From NCBI GenBank assembly GCA_043228905.1, contig JBHGNT010000021.1, positions 2,170,001 to 2,234,000 of the forward strand: a DNA stretch of 64,000 nt. Reading direction: 5' to 3'. Source of the DNA: Azolla caroliniana. Its lineage: Eukaryota; Plantae; Polypodiophyta. Made by a program: the position numbers and the translations under genes. How positions within the stretch are numbered: the first letter of the stretch is position 1; each line of letters opens with the position of its first letter. This document shows positions 37,295-50,171 of this stretch, piece by piece. The notes below the pieces were generated by a model. It was not told the DNA's origin and made no database searches. It saw only the letters and a program-made list of their open reading frames with translations.

Positions 37295-40220
37295 ATGCAT
37301 GCTCTGAAAGAGGCCCTACTTTCTTTAGAAGAAGGTATTCTCTCTCAGTCGTGGATAGATAAATTCGCATCCATTCTGAACAAGATCAGGAAGGAGAGAA
37401 ATCGATCACATGCCTCGTATTTACATGATTTTCTTTGCGAGCAGAAGGTAGGAGATTCTTTAGTTTCTATGCTTGTATCAGTGGGAAGCATAAAGAATGC
37501 TCAACAAAGTTTTTGATGGTTTGAAAAACCCAACAAAAAATTCCACTTATTGTCTTATCAATGCGTATATCAAATGTGGTAAGCCACATTATGCTCTTGC
37601 TCTATATCAAAATAAGCTGAAACATATTGTAGGCCAAGAAGAGGCAAAATATGTCCAAAAGGAGGCAAACTATGGCCAGAATGAATCTAAATATTGTCCC
37701 ATATATCCCAATCCACGCACATTTGTGGCACTGTTTAAAGCGTGTGGAAAGGTGAAAGACCTAGAAATTGGTGTCAAGCTGTACGCTGAGGCTGCGAGAA
37801 TGGGATGGATTGAAACCGATTGTTTTATTGGATGTAGCTTGGTGGATATGTTTGCTAAATGTGGTAAAGTTGTAAACGCACAAGAAGTGTTTGATAAGCT
37901 TTTGGTACGGGATGTTGTCTTATGGACGACATTGATTGGAGGATATGTTGAACATCAATATGGTGAAGAAGCACTTCATTGTTTCGAACAAATGCAACAT
38001 GAGAAGGTCTCCCCAAATGCTTTCACACTTGTTTGGTGCTTGAAAGCTTGTGGTAATATCAGAGATATAGATAAAGGATATAGGATGCATGTTGAAATTG
38101 AAATGAAAGGATTGCTTGAAATTGACCCCTTTATAGGAAGCAGCCTTATCGATATGTATGCTAAATGTGGGTCACTTGCTATACCAAAACTAGTATTTAA
38201 AAAGCTTCATTTTCGGGATGTTGTCTCGTGGACTGCTCTTATGTCGGCATATGTTGAGCATGGTTTCGGAGAGGAAGCATTGAAATGTTTTGATCATATG
38301 CAAGCTGATGGTATCTCACCAAATGTTGTGACTTACACTTGCAGCTTGAAAGCTTGTGGGGATATAGGAGCCACATATAAGGGTCAAGAAATACATTTTG
38401 AACTCAAGAGACAAGGCTTAGATAATGATATTGCTATCGGTAGTGCCTTAGTTGGGATGTATACTAAATGTGGTCAGCTTGTAAAGGCACGAGAAATCTT
38501 TGATAGGTTTCCAATTCGGAATACGATCACATGGAATGCATTAATTTCGGGATATGTCACACATGAGCATGGTGAAGAGGCACTCAAATGCTTTGAGAAA
38601 ATGAGAGCAGAGGGTATTGCACCAAATCCTTCCACTTTTGTATTTAGCTTGAAAGCTGCTGGAAGCATAAAAGATACCCAAAAAATTCAAGAGATCCATG
38701 CTGATATAGAAAGAAAAGGGTTTCTAGAAAGCGACCTTGTGGTTGGAAATACTTTGGTTGATGTATATGCCAAATGTGGTCTTTTTCAAACAGCAGAGAA
38801 AGTGTTTGATGATCTTCCAGAGCAAGATGTATATTCATGGACATCATTAATTGCAGGATTTGTGGATTTTGGATATAATCAAAAAGCTCTTGACTGCTTT
38901 GAGAAAATGCAGCTGAAAGGCATACAACCAAATGCTGTCACATATGTCTTCTGCTTGAAAGCATGCGATACTATGCAAGATAAACAGAAAATTAGGGGGT
39001 TAGATTATGAGATTGAAAAGCAAGGATTGCTTGAGAAAGATCTTGTGATTGGGAATACTTTGGTTGATTTGTATGCCAAGGGTGGATTGCTTTTGATGGC
39101 ACAGAATGTTTTTGATAAACTTCCTGTTCGAGATATGATCACGTGGAGCTCATTAATTGCAGGATATGCTGAACATGGGCTTAGAGATGAAGCTCTCAAA
39201 TGTTTTGAACATATGCGACTTGAGGGCATCCCTCCAAGTGCTGTTTCCTATATTTCGGCTTTGAAATCTTGTAGTATTATGGGAACTTTGTACAAGGGCA
39301 GAGAAATACACGTAGAGATTGAACAACAAGGCTTGCTTCAAAGTGATATTGTGGTTGGGAACACTCTAATTGATATGTATGCTAAATTTGGCTGCCTTCC
39401 AGAAGCACAAGGAGTGTTTAACAAACTTTCCTATCATAATGTTGCATCTTGGACTGCTCTTATGGGAGCATATGGTGGACAGGGTAACGAGGAAAAAACG
39501 CTCACATTCTTTGACGAGATGCAACATAATGGTGTGTTACCAGATACCTTAGTGTTTGTATGTAGCTTGAAGTATTGTGCGAGTTTGGGAGCCCTAGGTA
39601 AGGGTGAGGAAATCTATGCTGATATCGAAAGGCGGAGATTCTTAGAAAGAGGCCTTGTGGGCAATGCTGTTGTTAGCATGTATGCAAAAATGGGTTTGCT
39701 TACTAAAGCAGCCCAGGTGCTTGGGTATCTTCCAAAGAAAGATGTAGTTGCATGGACCTCATTAATGACTGGCTATGTGCAGAATGGAGAATGTGATTAT
39801 GTCTTCTCCATTTTTGATAGAATGGTAGAAGATGGTATAATACCTGATGAAGTTACATTTACTGTTGTATTACATGCCTGCCAATATAAAGGCCAGTTGG
39901 AGAAGAGTCACACTTATTTTGATATTATGTCTAGAGAATATGGTATCCTTCCATTGCGTGAGCACAGTGCAAGCCTTGTGAATATCCTTGGATGTCTGGG
40001 CCAATTGTATAAAGCTGTAGAAATAACTAACAAGATGCTACTGCCAAACGATATAAATGTATGGCACACACTATTAGATTCTTGTAGACGTTGGGGGAAC
40101 TTGGAACTTGGTAAAATGGCCTTCAAACATGTAATGTCCTTGGATAGAAATGATGCAATAGCATATAACTTGATGTCTCATTTATATGCGAGTATAGACA
40201 TAACTGATTGTAAGACATAG
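37295..40220 (+). CDS. PLS-class pentatricopeptide-repeat protein, E subgroup (no DYW), intronless, with a +1 frameshift at ~37508
   Basis: 907-aa ORF of regular P-L-S triplets (about 24 motifs) ending P2-L2-S2-E1-partial E2 (WHTLLDSC..AYNLMSHLYA). The upstream ORF 37295-37516 supplies the PPR-like N-terminus in another frame. Confidence 0.92.
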
Positions 40221-41056
40221 AGTTAAACATGCTTCGTGCTCTCATGCTACACTCTTGCAATACTATAAAGGATTTATAATATGCTCTAGGGATTTTATGA
40301 TAAGCTGCAGGGATTTTTACAGCAAATATACTCTCAAATAAAACATACTCTTGCTTATACTTATGAACATCTTGCTTTTTGGGCTCACAACAAAATTTTT
40401 AATGCAAGAGGACTAAGTAATAAGTTGACAATCATCTTGTGAAGAAGGTATATAGCAAACGTGTGTATTATCTTTTGATTTTGATGTTTTATAAGGTTCA
40501 GAAGCAAAAGGAATTTTGGTTTATTAACAATTTCACTTCGTGGAATAGGTTTGTTGTGAATATCATCCAATATGAGATGATGATTAGGTTTATGAGAGAT
40601 ACATTCACTAAGAAACTACAGCTGAACATTCACTAGCATGTGAGTGAAGTCTACACAACAAAGAATGATAATCACATACACAATGTGCAAGGACCTGTCT
40701 CTCTCTAAATAGATTTTGTCTCACTGTACAGAGTAGACAAATAGCTGAACATAGCTGAACGAGCTCAATAAATGTTTTTACCAAAGGTGTCATCAAGAGG
40801 TAGGCTTAACTTGTTTCTCAGAGTATGTTGAGCAACTGATTAAAAGATAGAGATTGAACCATTTATTGTAGTGAGGTAATTCTTTAAAGAAAAAAAATCT
40901 GTTGAACAATTTATTGCTTCTTAAACAACCCCATAAGCAGAGTAGTTGAAGCTATTTTTTAATGTATTTGCATATGTTGTGTATAATTTAGCAAGATTAT
41001 TGATGTATAGATGTGCTAAAAAGTATTACGAAAGACACTTTTTCAATCACCTTAGA

Positions 41057-41378
41057 TATTACAATTTACAATCATTTGAATCTCTTAGCTTTAGTTTTTC
41101 ATTTTTTGATTGAAATCCTTCTATATCTATGTTTCCATAATATTGTAAATCCATAATATTGTAATAAGTATCTCTGAATGCCCAGAATTCAATTAAATAA
41201 CAGTTTAGTTAACTTTATTACAATTTACAATCATTTGAATCTCTTCTCTTTAGTTTTTCATTTTTTGATTGAAATCCTTCTATATCTATGTTTCCATAAT
41301 ATTGTAAATGCATAACATTGTAATAAGTATCTCTGAATGCCCAGAATTCAATTAAATAACAGTATAGTTAACTTTATT
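41057..41378. repeat. Tandem duplication, 159-bp unit x2
   Basis: TATTACAATTTACAATCATTTGAATCTC...AACTTTATT at 41057 and 41216, with few mismatches. Confidence 0.92.
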
Positions 41379-41631
41379 TTTTCAAAGGTCGAAAAGTTTT
41401 ATATTGGATAATAAAAGATCAAGCCCTTTCACCAAAGCCTCATATATAAGTTTGGCGATTATTACACAAATCTTAGTAAGATAATAAATTTTTTTTAAAT
41501 GTGGTGTTAAAGTTAAACATCTGCCTTTTTCACCAAATGAAACAATTAAGAGATTACTCACGATGACCAAGACCTTTTTAATTTTATTTTGATTCATTTG
41601 GATATTTTATTGAACAATGAAGATCGATGAA

Positions 41632-44600
41632 TCACCAACAACTTGCTTTCTTCTTCTGTGTAAACAAAATCATCATTATTTAAAACTTCAGACTTAAATA
41701 CAACAAATAATGGAAAAATTCTCAAATTTAAACAAAGAGATCAAGTACACTTGACAAATAAATAAATCTCAAATTTGAATGAGATATTTTGGTCTTAAGC
41801 ACAAATGGCAAAGAAAACAACAGTTTTGCAACTTAATTACTCACCTGCCATCTCTTATCTTTGAATTCTTCGAGACAATCATACAAATCAGTTTGCTTTG
41901 CGAGCACCGTTCGTAATGTCTATTCCAAAAACAAATAAACACAACAAAAAATACATGTCAAATAAAGAAGAGAACTATAGGTGATATTGGAACCTTCCAT
42001 TTTGCTTTTGTTTTTAATGGAGGAATTGATGTCTAGACCTATGAGTTATCAAGCAAAATAATCCAAATCACTGGGTCCTGGCAACCCCAGAAACCCTAAA
42101 AAACTCACCAAAATATTCAATATCATTTTGGATATATTTTACCAGATCAACCCTTTTTGTCAAAGAATACCCAGAATACACATCCACAGAAGTAAATTTG
42201 TCAACAAGACCGAGGGGTATTCTGGTAATTGTTTTAAAAAATGTGTTATCTGGTAAGTTTCAAAACTGAGGGGTGATGTGGTAAATATTCAAAAAGTTAT
42301 GGGTTTGTGATGTTATTCTTCCTTTCATATTTCAATAGAAAAGCTTACCTTTCGTGTCTCAGCCAATTGTTCTTCGAGCGATCTAATCCTATGCAACGAT
42401 TCATCGATAATGGCTTGTTTTGACGCACCATAGGGCTCACGCATTTTGTTGAAAAGATCGATCTGTTCCTCTAAGAATTCCAATCGTTTACTGAAATTCA
42501 AGGACTCTGATGCATAGAGTCCATACTGAGACTCTGGTATCTTCTTCTTATCATAAACTGGTTTGAGGTCAGAGCCGCATCCCACTAAAGTTTTAATAGC
42601 TTTAAGGTTAAAAACAATTTCTGATTCATTTAAACATGTTTCTAATATAATTTAGGTGGTTTATTCTCTTTGAAGTTATAGCTAGATATAACTTTGGATT
42701 TGCATGCCTATTTATTTAAAGAATTGCTATTAAAAAATCAAAATAAATTGCAAGTGAAATTGTCTTTTTGTTAAATTAGGAGTACCAAAAAAGAGAATCT
42801 TTCTCTATTTAAATCCATTTTTTCTCTTTTTATATATTTAATGGCATGGAGCCATGTGTGATCTATAATTGAAAACACTTAGCAAGTTTCTTTTCATAAT
42901 GGTACCAAATGTTAAGGGTGGAACATGGCTCTTACATTCTCTTCTCTTGTTCCCTACAATTCCACGGAAGACGTAGTCCACAACCGGCCCAATGCCAATG
43001 AAAAACGCCGTGATGATCGCTACCACCCAGCAGAGAAACTCCGTAATGTTCAGCATTATATCATTCATGTAGATTTCTGCAATAACAATAACATATATAA
43101 TGCAAAAGGAGAGAGAACAGCAAACATATTTGTGCGATTTTGACATTCCGTATACTGCTTTTGAAAAACTAGTTTTAAAAACATTGGTGTATAATTTAAA
43201 GATAACCGAATTATTAGCATTGCCTTTTCAATGCACAATTCTATCATTTCAACCATTGGGTCATAGAAATAATCTCAATACTGATTTTGTTGAGATGTTT
43301 TTAGGTGCAGATTTGTCTGTATGACCACAGAATAAAATTATAATGGGATTTTATAATGCACGCAACATCAAACCCATTACTTGAGAGTTGCACCCACAAC
43401 CTTAATGTTGTAAAACGCAAGTTTCTCAATTACACCATATTTTATACTTTTATATTCAGTTGAAATATGATAAACCTGTGAATCTATAAAAAAAATTATC
43501 AGGACATCTGAAGTCTCATATTATATGCTGTATAGAGGAAAGGCTTTCACGTTCTTTCTGCTTTACAATGTATTATCTTGTTTATTCTTGATTTATTACT
43601 CTTCTAAAGATTTAATTTAATAGTTCCAACTCTAGTCACTGTGAATTGCATGTTTTCTTGAAAGAGAAACGAAACTGAATATGATTATGCTCATCTATGG
43701 GCCCACAAGAGTACATAAGACCCTCATGACACACTGTCAACAAAATATTGGATGGATCATCCTTAGATAGGATTGCATTACCCTCCTTCAACTCTTCTCC
43801 TTTCATCAGTTTGGTTTACAGCACTTTATCGTGATTAGAGAGAAACTGGTCTCCTTCAGCCATATCACTTCTACATTTATTTATTTTATTGCAGTATATC
43901 CCTGAACTTAGATCAAGTATGCATATCTTCAGATTAGAATGCATTAATTGTTTATTCGACATCTTGGGTTTTAAAAGTTTATCTGTATACTCTCATGCAT
44001 CAACTATCTCTAGGGTTCAGGAAGATCAAATAAACTAGCAATCAAGTCTGTGAGATAGTTATATCTCAGATGGTAAGGTTGTTCGGTGGACACCAAGGTC
44101 ATATGTTCAACCCCTATATGTTGTAAATGGCATATCTAGTAAAGTAGTGCAAGGGTTAATAAAAACTTAGCTTACTACTAGAATATAGCCCTAATACAAG
44201 GAGATATATGTAGAGGGAGGGAGGGAGGGAGGAGACCTTGTATGGAGTTAGATTCCCTGATGACTTCTTTCCTTCCCCATTCCATATCTACTGGTTTATC
44301 AACCAAAGGAACAGATTCCATCCCTGATAAATTATCCAGCATCATCCTGTTGACACTCTCTCTCCCCTGAGACTGAGACATTCAAAGAATACAATATTGA
44401 AGCTGAACTTTTTGCAAACTTCATTTATAAAGCTTCTCCAACATATTCGAGCTCAAAAAACCTCAAAACAAGAAACTAGTTTTTTCAGCAAAATGGCCTA
44501 AATACCTCTTCACGAACAGGTGATAAATTTGCATTATTTTCGCTGGTACTTCCCTCAGGTCGTAATATACCATCATCCAACTCTGATTCAGACTCGGTTG

Positions 44601-47131
44601 TAGATAAGCTATACTCTTTAGACTGAAGTAAATAGAGGTTTTGCAATTCAAATAGCCTTATACAGCTGCAAAAGAATGCATCGACGCGAAAGAAGGAAAA
44701 AATGGTAAAAAATTATACAGTAACAATGGACCTTAGAACATTGTTTTTCACAAGCATGGTGAGCATTGGTAGCCGAGACTGTTACAATCTGCCTAGCATT
44801 CTTTACTTCACCATCTAATACCACCTGCAGTCAACACATGACAGTGTAGATCTATATGGCTAATAAAAATAGATACATATCTTGAAATAGAACTTGAAAA
44901 TGCCTTTCGAGTATTTTAGTTTGGAAACATAAGATGTGTTCCAATTTCCAAACAACCAAAGTCAGTTTATGCATATGGCCATTCCCATAACTACACTATT
45001 GGGATTACTATGCACCCAACCATATATATAGATATATCCCGTGAACTGTGGCCCATGGGAGAGGTGTTGACGCGCAACATACTACTCCCAGGTATGTCAT
45101 CTAGCTCAAACCATTCATATGGAGGTGATATCAATATTAATAATCACGTGATGATAAAAATAAAAATAATGGATTGAAACAGCAGTAGCCAAAACCCTTT
45201 ATACCATATTCATTCAGGATTGGATCATCCACATTTCAAAAGGCCATCTCCAGACAACTAAAGTGTGTTTACGCATGAATAATATTCAGCCATGTATGAG
45301 ACCAATAATTTCTAAAGATTTTCGATAATTGGCGTACACAATTGTCACAGGAAATACAATCATTCACCTTACTTCTTTCAATAAATAAATAAAATGACTT
45401 ATCTTACCTGCATAATAGCAGGATCTTGCCAAGGTCCTTTATCAGAATGCAAGCATCCACCCTCATGGGCACATGTACATTTGCCTCCAAGGAATTCTGG
45501 CAACTGACTGTAACCATACTGATTTCCGTTAAAAACTTGGTTATGGAGACTTTGTGACTCACACATTTAACTATACTAGTTTACCTTGCATCAATTACTT
45601 CTAGAAGCTTGCTTTGGAACTTATTTCCCAGAACCTATATGTAAGGAAAACCATAATTCCAACTCCGTTGAAGATAAGGTAAATCAACTAGATATAAAAA
45701 AGCATTACAATTACACACACAAAAAAGTAATAAAAAAAACAATTAAACGAAAAAAATAGATATTACGCTTATTTTTGCTGTTGTTTTTGCATCAAGAAAC
45801 CCTCTGATTGAATTCCAAAGAAGCCTAAATCCAGGTCCAGCATTGATTATGAACATCCTATGCAGAGTCTGTGCAAAATAGGAACATCAGATTCCACATT
45901 ATGAGCTTAGTGATGAAATTAACCTGCCCCCTTGATTCAAAATACAGCTACATGCCTCTGGATAATTTTCATTATCAATTTTGTGGATCTCATGGAGGAG
46001 TTCTCTTGCAGTTTTGCTGAAATTTTTAATTCCCTGTGAAGAAAATCAAATATTAAACAATCATATCATAAAAAAGCAGAGAACTATTTCTATTCTACTA
46101 AAGCGATGAACTAATATTATCTCTTTATGTCAAGAAATGAAAAGGAGCACAATGGAACTTACCAAACCAGAAACGTCAAGAATTGTTGTAGTAGAACCAA
46201 TGTGCTTTTTGGCTGCAACCGAGCAAGCTGGAAATTTCTTGTTCACAGACCTCTCAAATTCTTGGATATGATACTTTAAGTATCTCTCTAATGTCGTTAC
46301 ATTCATCAATTTGTTAGCGTCCACCTTTCCCAGTCTCTCTATATAAACTGGTCTCCCTTCCTTGTCCACTCCATGAGAACCATGGGGGTAATACTTCTTC
46401 ACTTCATCGAGCTCCGAATATATAAAATCCTGTTTTGGGCAGTTAGTAGTTGCATGCAATTTCTCATGGCACAAGAACAAAGGATACAAAGGGCAATACA
46501 AGATGAATATTCAAAATCACATGCTAATGCAACATGAATGTCCCATTTGATGGCTAAACAAGCACTGTACCTTTTCAATTGTGTCAACACCAAACTCTTT
46601 CCTCCATTGCAACATAGAAGCCCACATCTCCTTACTTTTTTCGGTATCAAATTTACGAGCCTTCAAGAACCTGTGAAGTGATGTATTATAAACATGTTCA
46701 ATGGATTCACTTCCTAGAGTTCAAAATCTTTCAGATTATTTCCATAACCTTATCTCAATGTTACAAAGAGAGCTTCAAACAATGTCCTGACAAATCGGCC
46801 ATACAAAGAAACTTCATAAGTTTTCCTGATCAAGTCACCTCAGAAGAACATGGTAATCATCGTGCTTTGCTGGAAGAATATCCTCTGCGGCGAGCACCTG
46901 ACGAAAATCATCAACAGCTTTTTGTTCTTGTGCATCTCTAATGTCTTTGATTTGCAGCAATGAGTCACTGCCATAATGCTTTCTTCGACGGCGTTTCAAA
47001 GAATCCCTTAGTCTCCGTGAATTAATCCTCGCCATTGCTTTGAGTGCTCCCATCTTGGTCTTACTTTTCCTTTCATCATCAGTGGTGTGTTGTTCCTCAT
47101 CACTTTTCTCTTCCTTGTCATCATGTGCCAT
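41632..47131 (-). CDS. SFH: Sec14-nodulin (SFH) phosphatidylinositol/phosphatidylcholine transfer protein, ~14 coding exons; 5' UTR exons near 48.4-48.8 kb
   Basis: Spliced translation gives [73 protein letters not shown], then an Nlj16-like coiled coil and [13 protein letters not shown]. Exons: 47131-46839, 46670-46571, 46429-46163, 46033-45956, 45868-45767, 45634-45585, 45507-45408, 44824-44732, 44622-44506, ~44374-44237, 43076-~42936, ~42584-42349, 41919-41845, 41655-41632. Confidence 0.92.
42019..42322. mobile_element. Possible Mutator-like foldback MITE relic in an SFH intron
   Basis: Ends GGAGGAAT and ATTCTTCC; inverted motifs TTTACCAGATCAACCC vs GGGTGATGTGGTAAA and CCAGAATAC vs GTATTCTGG. 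Confidence 0.45.
44058..44125 (+). mobile_element. tRNA-derived SINE-like relic, copy 1
   Basis: A-box-like TATCTCAGATGG and B-box-like TGTTCAACCCC; aligns with 56359-56425. Confidence 0.5.
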
Positions 47132-48785
47132 AGACACCTACATATGGCATAGGTTATTTACCATAAATACTCAATAACACTCCTTAAGAGATACAAACAA
47201 AAAACAAGTGAAAACAGAACAAAAACTATTCATGCTCCTAAAAACAGACAGACTTACAAAGCACTGATATTTAGATTGAAAAAAATCGAATCAATCCATC
47301 AACAAAAAGACCTATTTACACCCATTGTGCAAATATAATGCTCCTTAATGTGCAAAGGTAAAAGAATCGCCTTTAGATTGACAAAAGCTGAATTGATCCA
47401 TTAACAAAGAGATCTATTTACCACAAGTAAGCAAATATAATGCTCCTTAATTTGCAAAGATTATACAGCAAAAAACATTCATGTGACAATTGCACGATAA
47501 GACCTAGTGGAAACTCTCATCCTTCAATTGACCAAAAGACAAGATCAATTCATCAAAAGAGAGATCCACCTTTATATGTGCTGCTTATAGCAATCAGACA
47601 ATACAATGCATTGCACTTTCGGTAAATACAAAGAATAACCGTGAAGGAGAAAACGAAAGATCACTGTGCCTATATAAAATTCCATACACAAAGCACTTAT
47701 CCTCAGGGTGACAGAAAAGTTGGTGCACAATTAGGGCAACATAATACTATTGATACTGGAGAAATGCGAAGGAAAGAATGAGAAACCATTGGGTGCCTGA
47801 AAATAAATGCCCAAATAACTATATAAAAAGTTCAAAGCACAACTTTTATCAATCCATCAATTGAGATAAGCCACCTTCATTTAGGCCTATGGCTATACAT
47901 CATAATTAGGCAATAAAAAACAACAATCCCAAGAGATACAGAAGAAAGAAAAAACAAAAACACATTTATGTGGCTACAATTAAATGCCAAAAAAGTCATA
48001 CCGAAATTCCTGATACTTAGATTGACAAAAATCAGCAAGCAAATCATCTTCATAAATGTTACTTACCACAGTTTGCAGTAGCAAGACATTAATACTTTAA
48101 CATAAACAAAAGAAAAACAATGAAAAAACATTCATGTCCCTAAAATGAAACATTCAAAAACCATAGATATCAATCATCCTTAAATTGATCATTCACAATG
48201 AGATTGATTTTCATATGTGTTATTAACCATGATTAGGCAATATGAATACATTGATACTGAATACACGAATAGAAAAAAACGATTCAAAATACATTCATGA
48301 GCCTAAACGGGGATTCAACAAACATATCGAAATCACTCATCCTTAAATTGAACATCGATATAGAGGCTCGTCGAACTGAAAAACAGAACCCTAAATTCTA
48401 TCTCACCTGAAGTTTGTACGATTTGATTCGCGAGCAAGAAATATATATATTCTATCTCTGCGAATACTATGTCAATACATGTATTCTTTTCTTTCAATCA
48501 CTCGATTAGATCTTTCTTCTCTTGTCTAATTTGTGCGCAAAAGACCTAAGTATAGCCAAAACAGAGATGGAATGGAGAAGAAGAAGACTCACGCGCTTTA
48601 AACAAGTTTTTCCAGCAGATGCTTCGGCGCGGATCAAGCCAAGAGAATGGCCACCGTTATCTATTCTTCTTCTTCTTCTTCTTCTTCTTCTTCTTCTTTA
48701 TCTATTCTTCTTCTTCCTCCTCCTCCTCTTTTTTATTTTGTTTCTTGTTTCAACCTGACAGGTGTTACTGCTGTGTTTCCGAATG

Positions 48786-48807
48786 TTAGGGTTAGGGTTA
48801 GGGTTAG
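48786..48807 (-). promoter_or_regulatory. (TTAGGG)3TTAG telomere-like tract at the SFH transcription start region
   Basis: Directly visible; reads (CTAACC)n on the SFH sense strand, upstream of the 5' UTR donor at ~48592. Confidence 0.6.
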
Positions 48808-49049
48808 AAAAATGAATGGGTTCAATTCTTCTTCTCGTCTGTCTTCTGTGTGTGTTCGCGCTATTTTTATTCATTGTAGAAACGTTATATTCATCTTCTG
48901 CATATTCGGTCTCCAATATCCAATTCAATGGTAACAACGACGAAAGTCATTAGTTATTATTATTATTTATGGCAGCACCTACATATCCCTTTAACATAAA
49001 TAAATAAAAGTCAATTATTTACACTCCTATCGGCTATGTATTTGTGTAT

Positions 49050-49382
49050 GCATGCATGCATGCATCGATGGATCAATAGATAGAGATATCAATGAATGGA
49101 TGCATGGATGGATTGGTGGATCAATGGATCGATAGATGGATGTATCAATGAATGGATCCATGGATGCGTGGATGGATTGGTGGATCAATGGATGGGGGTC
49201 AATGGATCGATAGAAGGATGTATAATGCATGGATGCATGGATGGATTGATGGATCAATGGATCAATGGATGGGGTTGAATGGATTGATAGATGGATGTAT
49301 CAATGAATGGATGCATGGATGGATAGATGGATCAATGGATGGGGATCAATGGATCGATAGATCGATAGATGGATAGATGGAT
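49050..49382. repeat. (ATGG/GGAT)-based satellite with a ~55-80 bp higher-order unit, about 4 copies
   Basis: TATCAATGAATGGATGCATGGATGGAT..GATCAATGGAT recurs. Confidence 0.9.
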
Positions 49383-49749
49383 GTTGGCTTGATTGAACAT
49401 GGTGGCCCCCTAGTTGTTGTTGACTTCCTCTTCATGATCTTGAATACAACGTGATAACATTGTTTCACTCGTTCGTGACCAACTACTTGTACCAAAGCTA
49501 TATATATAATCAAACGTCTTCTTCTTGTTTTTTGGGTGTGACATGAGCACATAAATATGCGGTTGTTCAATACTTCTCTAGGCTCAAAAAGCAACTTTAC
49601 AACGTGGAAATAGTACGACCAAATTTGATATTTGTTGTTTGCAATGGATTTCACCGAGAATGCTCTAGGAATTGGACATTGTGGTTTAGGGTAAACTCTT
49701 ACAATACTTATTAGATGCCAACTTCATTGATTGTCGGAAAAAGCAATGG

Positions 49750-50171
49750 AACATTTGGAGTGCAAAGGAAAGAGGTTAATGCATGTAAACTTTGAAGTTT
49801 TAATTTTCCAAAACATTTCGCAAAAGGTGGAGCGACAAAATGCTTACTTTTTTAATTCACAAAAAAATAAAGATCACAGTGAACATAGTCTTTGATGATG
49901 CAAATCTATTGCTTTTCCTAGATGACAATTGAATACATGGCCTAGGTATGGATTCTGAAACATTTGGAGTGCAAAGGAAAGAGGTTAATGCATGTAAACT
50001 TTGAAGTTTTAATTTTCCAAATATTTTCACAAAAGGTGGAGCAACAAAATGCTTACTTTTTTAATTCACAAAAAAATAAAGATCAATCATCATAGTGAAC
50101 ATAGTCTTCGATGATGCAAACCTATTGCTTTTCCTAGATGACAATTGAATACATGGCCTAGGTATGGATTC
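49750..50171. repeat. Tandem duplication, ~209-bp unit x2
   Basis: AACATTTGGAGTGCAAAGG...CTAGGTATGGATTC at 49750 and 49959; the second copy has a small insertion. Confidence 0.92.

Noticed and set aside
659-40220. Run of four organelle-related genes (CBS, LysM, CRR1, PPR) as a functional cluster
   Set aside because: Plastid-targeted and PPR genes are very common; no shared regulatory sequence is visible and TEs separate the genes.
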